DNA of 64,000 nt from Gemmatimonadota bacterium (GTDB lineage: Bacteria; JBHIER01; G020348925), in NCBI GenBank assembly GCA_020348925.1, contig CP070758.1, positions 2,805,688 through 2,869,687 of the forward strand, read 5' to 3'. Of the stretch, positions 59,100 to 64,000 are shown piece after piece; position 1 is the stretch's first letter, and every line of letters starts with the position of its first letter. The notes under the pieces were generated by a model that did not search any database, was not told the DNA's origin, and saw nothing but the letters and a program-made list of their open reading frames with translations. A program made the translations under genes and the position numbers.

Positions 59100-61535
59100 T
59101 TAACGGGAGTTTTCTTCTATAAAATCCGTGGGATCAAGCCAGCCCAGCTCGGTCGGATAGGCATAGGTATAGCCGGCCGTCCAGCGGTTGTCACTGGCAT
59201 CGGAGGGGTAATCGTACCTGCTCCCTGTGCGAATTCCGAAATGAAGATGGGGTTCGAGCCAGTCCACCAGACCACTGATCTCATCACCGTCCCCCAAATA
59301 GGCGATAAGCTCGCCTTTATAGACAGCACCGCTTCTCTTTTTCCATCTCCTCGTACTCAAATGACCGTATAACGAGTACACCTCAGGAGACTGATGATCG
59401 ATGGTTATCGTCCATCCGTAGCCAAGGATCCATCCTGAATGACTGATAGATCCATCGGCAATGGCATACACAGGGGTACCCGCAGCCCCGATAACATCCT
59501 CACCGGCATGATACCGGTTGGTTGGTCTATAAAAGTTGCCGAAATCCTGAGACACTTCATACTCTTCCAGTGGGTACCGGAAAGTTGAAGAAGAATATCC
59601 ACAGTCGCCTATGTTTAAAACGACATTCACTAAACCCAAGGCATCCAGAATATTCACATTCCCGTCAACGTTGCAATCGGCCCGGCCACGTGGTCCTCCC
59701 ATCAATGGATCCGTACCCAATATGTGATTCACCACACCCAGCACATCCAAGACGTCGATCAAGCCATCACAGGTGATATCACCCCTCTCAGCCTCACCCT
59801 GTTCCGGATTGTGGATATCAGGGCAGTTGTCTTCATTACAGGTATTTGCGGCGTAACCCGGATCGCCGTACCCGTCACTATCAGTATCAGTACACGGATC
59901 GCACTCATCACCGATACTATCGTTATCATCATCCCCTTGATCCGGGTTGAAGTCACCTTCACAATTGTCACAGACGTCCCCCAGACCATCCTCATCAATA
60001 TCTAACTGATCAGGATTATGGTCAGCCGGACAGTTGTCCTCTACATCGATGATCCCATCTTCGTCGTCATCATCACACCTGTCACCACGTCCATCACCAT
60101 CCGAGTCATATTGACCAGGATTGCTTATTTCTATACAATTGTCGCACACATTGCCAAATCCATCGTTATCCATATCCTCCTGCTCGGGATTGTATACAAC
60201 AGGACAGTTATCATATCCTGCGACTATTCCATCCAAATCGTAATCCGAGGCAAAATCGAAGAGCTCATTCGCTATTTCGAGCACGGCCGCATAGCTGAGC
60301 CTGTGGTTCGTGGCTGCAATCACGCCAGAATTCTCCTGTTTGCTGTAGAACATGAGCGATCCGCCTCCGGTATACCCCCCTATATGTCCCCAAACTACCC
60401 TGTCATAGATGCCGTATCTCCCCCAAAAGATACCCAGGGCCGGTGAAACTTCCGGAAGTTGGATCGTTGTCATCAAATCGACGGTAGAGCTCTCAAGGAT
60501 TCGGACGCCGTCTATCTGACCCCTTTGCATGAAGGCGATGAGGTGGCGTGCCAGGTGAAGTACACTCGTTTTGAGTTGCCCGCAGGGATAGACCGGCAAG
60601 CCCAGATACCCGAATGGAACGAAGGCGTCACCAATACCTCGATACGGCATGGCGATGGTATTGGTGTCCAGATCTGCCAGAAACCACGACGTCTCCTCCA
60701 TCTTCAAGGGTGTGAAGAGGAAATCCCTGCAATACTGGGCAAAGGGAACGCCCGTGATCTCTTCCACCAGATAACCTCCTAATGCAGATCCCACATTACT
60801 GTATTCGTATTGTGTCCCAGGCCTCCAAGGACCAAAGTTATCCTCGGCGCTGTAATAAGCCCCCCCCGGCGTGAGGTAATCCTCCAAGAATTCACCTAAC
60901 GGGATCGGGGAATCAACGCCGATAGATTCCACAGCGAGCAGAGCACCCCACTCGTCCATGATACTTGAGGTGTGCGTCATCAGCATCAGAAACGTGATGG
61001 GCGTATCAGGAAACTGAGGATGGATCACCTGGAAGGCTGAAAGGTAGTCATTGATTGTATCGTCAAGTTCAAAAAGATTTTCCTCCCAGAGCTGCATCAG
61101 GGCGACGCCGACAACAGTCTTGGAAATGGAGTACATCTCAAAAACCGTCGTATCGGACACCTCGATGCCTCTCTCGATATTGGCCCACCCATAAGAGCCG
61201 GTCCATATGATCTCACCGTCTTTGATGATGCACGCGGCCAGGCCGGGCAAATTATAATCTTCCATCCTTCCAATGAAACATGAATCCAGGTCCGCCTGGA
61301 CCGGAACCGCCTCCTCCACCTGCAAAGGTTCAACGATGGAATTCCAACCTATATCACGGGTCATATCGACAGGAGAATGGATATTGAAATTCTCGTCTGA
61401 ATGAATTTTTGAAGACCGACTCGTTACCTCATCAGCGAGTCCGAAAAAGAACACGACGCCTAACGAAGTGAGGGCAATTGCTGTGCGACTCATAAGTTTC
61501 ACAAACATGAAATACTTCTCCCGATTGGCACTCAT
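59100..61535 (-). CDS. Secreted serine hydrolase (beta-lactamase/AmpC-like), TSP3, dockerin and M23 peptidase
   Basis: Start moved to ATG 61535 (AAGGA RBS). SISK (SxxK), LMTHTS, YEYSN and GHIGG; DNC repeats; dockerin; M23 motifs HAGED, SLYGHL and PHLHF. Confidence 0.88.
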   Translation of the reverse strand: MSANREKYFMFVKLMSRTAIALTSLGVVFFFGLADEVTSRSSKIHSDENFNIHSPVDMTRDIGWNSIVEPLQVEEAVPVQADLDSCFIGRMEDYNLPGLAACIIKDGEIIWTGSYGWANIERGIEVSDTTVFEMYSISKTVVGVALMQLWEENLFELDDTINDYLSAFQVIHPQFPDTPITFLMLMTHTSSIMDEWGALLAVESIGVDSPIPLGEFLEDYLTPGGAYYSAEDNFGPWRPGTQYEYSNVGSALGGYLVEEITGVPFAQYCRDFLFTPLKMEETSWFLADLDTNTIAMPYRGIGDAFVPFGYLGLPVYPCGQLKTSVLHLARHLIAFMQRGQIDGVRILESSTVDLMTTIQLPEVSPALGIFWGRYGIYDRVVWGHIGGYTGGGSLMFYSKQENSGVIAATNHRLSYAAVLEIANELFDFASDYDLDGIVAGYDNCPVVYNPEQEDMDNDGFGNVCDNCIEISNPGQYDSDGDGRGDRCDDDDEDGIIDVEDNCPADHNPDQLDIDEDGLGDVCDNCEGDFNPDQGDDDNDSIGDECDPCTDTDSDGYGDPGYAANTCNEDNCPDIHNPEQGEAERGDITCDGLIDVLDVLGVVNHILGTDPLMGGPRGRADCNVDGNVNILDALGLVNVVLNIGDCGYSSSTFRYPLEEYEVSQDFGNFYRPTNRYHAGEDVIGAAGTPVYAIADGSISHSGWILGYGWTITIDHQSPEVYSLYGHLSTRRWKKRSGAVYKGELIAYLGDGDEISGLVDWLEPHLHFGIRTGSRYDYPSDASDNRWTAGYTYAYPTELGWLDPTDFIEENSR

Positions 61536-61591
61536 AACATCCTTATAACAATGAGCAACTCCGAGTGAGAGGCACTGTGTAAAATGAAGGG

Positions 61592-63823
61592 TCAGTGAAC
61601 TCCAGATGTGCACTCACCAGTACCCAATATGACATTTATTATTCCCAGGGCATCAAGAATATTTACACCCCCGTCACCGTTGCAATCGGCCCGGTCAAGG
61701 GGACCACCGGCAAGAGGTGCGGATGCCAATATGTGGTTCACGATTGCCAATACATCAAGCACGTCAATCCCGCCATTACAGTCCACGTCCCCTCTTTCAA
61801 CAGTTCCCTGATCCGGATTAAATACATTGGGGCAATTGTCCTCCTCACACGTATTGGCCGGATAGCCCGGATCCCCGTACCCGTCACCATCGGTGTCCGT
61901 GCACGCATCGCAGGCGTCACCTGTGCCGTCACCGTCCTCATCCCGCTGGTCGGGATTGAATTCCTCCGGACAATTGTCGCAGACATCGCCCGCATCGTCG
62001 CCATCAATATCTTCCTGACCGGGATTACGAACATTGGAGCAATTATCGCAGGCATCACCGAGCTCATCACTGTCCGAGTTGTTCTGATCGGGATTGGCCA
62101 CACCGGAACAGTTATCGCAAAGGTTGCCGACACCGTCCTCATCGGAATCTTCCTGGCCGGGATTGTTCACGTCCGCGCAGTTGTCACAGGCATCACCGAG
62201 CCCGTCACCGTCGGAATCCTCCTGGCCGGGATTAAACGTGCTCGGGCAATTGTCAACCGGACAGGTCTCCGATTCGTCCGGGATTCCATCTCGATCCGAA
62301 TCGAGCCCGAAACACAGGTTCTCCCGACCCTCCACAACAACCACAACCTGATTCGTTGCAACATCAGTATATGTATTCACGATACCCGAGGGCCACTCAA
62401 CGGTCATGCCTTCGACGATTGTAACGTCGTCAAGGCCGAACGTCGCAGTGACATCACTCTGGCTGCGATGGCCGTTATTGGTTCTGATCTCCCGCATCTG
62501 TTCAATTCCATTCCCACCAACAGTGGCATTTACCCTTACCTTTGTCCCGATCCCCGTGGCATTGGACGTCGTCCCGATACACCGCACCTTCAACCAATTT
62601 GCCATCTCGGAATCATTGCGATACAGAAAATTATTCTGATTCTCCCAGTTGGCCAGAAACAGATCCAGATCCCCGTCGCCATCATAATCCGCCGCTCCCA
62701 CACCTGAAGCATATCCAAGCCGGTTCACGATCTCGCCCTGCGTAACCCGGGTGAAGTCGCCCTCACCGTTATTCACGTAGAGAAGGCACGGTTGGTAGTA
62801 CTGGGTGACAAACAGATCCAGGTTCCCGTCGTTGTCGAAATCAGCCCAGACGCCACTCCCGGAGCGGCCCGGATTGTGCGCCAAAACACTGCCTGTCATC
62901 TCACTGAAACCGCCATCACCATCGTTTCGAAACAGTTGATCCGCCTCGCCATCCCCACTGTAAGGGCCATTGGCCACAAACAGATCCAGATCGCCGTCGT
63001 TGTCGTAATCGCCCCAACTGCCTCCGTGGGAAGACCGATTGTCCGCCACAATACTCCCTTCGGTTATTTTCGTGAAGGTGCCGTCGCCGTTATTCATGTA
63101 GAGAAAGTTGTTCTGGTTCGACCTGTTGGCCACAAACAGATCCAGGAAACCGTCGTTATTGTAGTCTCCCCAGCTGGCGCCCAGAGATTCTCCGCCGTCG
63201 CTAACGACAGCGCCCTCAGTCACCTTCTCGAAAGTGCCGTCCCCCCTGTTTCTATAGAGGAAGTTGTTTTGGTTGAAGGCATTGGCCACGAACAGATCCA
63301 GATACCCGTCGTTGTCGTAATCTCCCCAGGCACTGGAAAAGGATGCACCGCCGTCCGTGACAACGGGACCAGCAGTGATCTTGGTGAAGGTCCCGTCGCC
63401 ATTGTTCATGTACAGGAAGTTGTCCCGGTCCCGCTGATTGGCCACGAAAAGATCGAGAAAACCATCATTGTTACAGTCTCCCCAACACGGCCCGGAAGAG
63501 TAAGGATCATAACTGGCGATGTCATTAACGATATCGCCCTCCAGGATTTTTGTGAACGTGGCATTGCCGTTGTTACGATACAAGAAATTTCTCTGGTCCT
63601 GCCAGTTGGCGACAAAGAGGTCAACATTGCCATCGGTGTCGTAGTCTCCCCAGGCAACGCCTGCGGAGATCCCTCCGTCACTGACGACATCCCCGCCCCC
63701 TATCCTGACAAAGATTTGCCCGTGAAGGTCTGGTACTCCCATCAAACTTATTGTCACGAGACACACCGTACTTACCACCATCTGATCAAGGAGATCAGGA
63801 ACAGCTCTTCTGAAACGAAACAT
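61592..63823 (-). CDS. Secreted CRTAC1-like FG-GAP/VCBS protein, ASPIC/UnbV domain, TSP3 and dockerin (no CTD)
   Basis: Start moved to ATG 63823 (AAGGAGG RBS). Seven (W/A)(G/A)DxDxDGxxDLF(V/L) repeats; NWLKV...SNATGIGTKV...ATFGL...VEWPSG; six DNC units; ends at GECTSGVH. Confidence 0.9.
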   Translation of the reverse strand: MFRFRRAVPDLLDQMVVSTVCLVTISLMGVPDLHGQIFVRIGGGDVVSDGGISAGVAWGDYDTDGNVDLFVANWQDQRNFLYRNNGNATFTKILEGDIVNDIASYDPYSSGPCWGDCNNDGFLDLFVANQRDRDNFLYMNNGDGTFTKITAGPVVTDGGASFSSAWGDYDNDGYLDLFVANAFNQNNFLYRNRGDGTFEKVTEGAVVSDGGESLGASWGDYNNDGFLDLFVANRSNQNNFLYMNNGDGTFTKITEGSIVADNRSSHGGSWGDYDNDGDLDLFVANGPYSGDGEADQLFRNDGDGGFSEMTGSVLAHNPGRSGSGVWADFDNDGNLDLFVTQYYQPCLLYVNNGEGDFTRVTQGEIVNRLGYASGVGAADYDGDGDLDLFLANWENQNNFLYRNDSEMANWLKVRCIGTTSNATGIGTKVRVNATVGGNGIEQMREIRTNNGHRSQSDVTATFGLDDVTIVEGMTVEWPSGIVNTYTDVATNQVVVVVEGRENLCFGLDSDRDGIPDESETCPVDNCPSTFNPGQEDSDGDGLGDACDNCADVNNPGQEDSDEDGVGNLCDNCSGVANPDQNNSDSDELGDACDNCSNVRNPGQEDIDGDDAGDVCDNCPEEFNPDQRDEDGDGTGDACDACTDTDGDGYGDPGYPANTCEEDNCPNVFNPDQGTVERGDVDCNGGIDVLDVLAIVNHILASAPLAGGPLDRADCNGDGGVNILDALGIINVILGTGECTSGVH

Positions 63824-64000
63824 CCGCCATCCTCCTTCACGTTTTTTCCCCTTGTTCTCAATCTCTGTTTGGGAACGCACAACACAGGGACACTCGGTTT
63901 CCATATCAACACTGCTTCCAAACTGGAGTATGGGAGTAAGCCCAAAGTTTTCCCATCGATATTGACGACCCCGCATCTTTCTCAGAAATACACTCGGGCG

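Noticed and set aside
63824-63976. Extended N-termini in the ORF track (also 31237-31272, 33175-33225, 47539-47595, 61536-61613, 34470-34535)
   Set aside because: Downstream start codons have clear Shine-Dalgarno motifs and, for the secreted proteins, place the hydrophobic leader nearer the N-terminus.

Overview
Bacterial DNA, probably a metagenome scaffold (100-N gap at 24431-24530). The C-terminal QNYPNPFNP...SGVYFY...MxLxK tails suggest an uncultured FCB-group lineage such as KSB1, Latescibacterota or Zixibacteria (inference). The first ~19.6 kb is a co-directional minus-strand glycan-degradation locus: a Tat-type sulfatase missed by the ORF track, GH20, GH28, two NxKG-type GH2 enzymes, a sodium:solute symporter, an Nramp-like transporter, a URO-D-family protein, a sugar isomerase and three uncharacterised secreted proteins. 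No SusC/SusD pair is visible. The rest is dominated by 12 minus-strand secreted proteins carrying closely related Cys-containing dockerin-like modules. Six consecutive genes (35.8-52.9 kb) share a constant PKD-LamG-TSP3-dockerin chassis fused to variable N-terminal cargo (MBL-fold, FG-GAP, DJ-1 plus propeller, SMP-30). Immediately after the dockerin, proteins either continue into a conserved unnamed helical linker plus T9SS-type-A/FlgD-like CTD (6), stop (5), or continue into an M23 peptidase (1). Paralogues show mosaic near-identical DNA blocks, and two dockerin genes are broken by single in-frame stops. Also present: LysR and membrane-anchored AraC regulators, small accessory genes, three cruciform TGTCAT...ATGACA palindromic elements and several terminators. 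All calls come from motif recognition by eye; no database searches were run.
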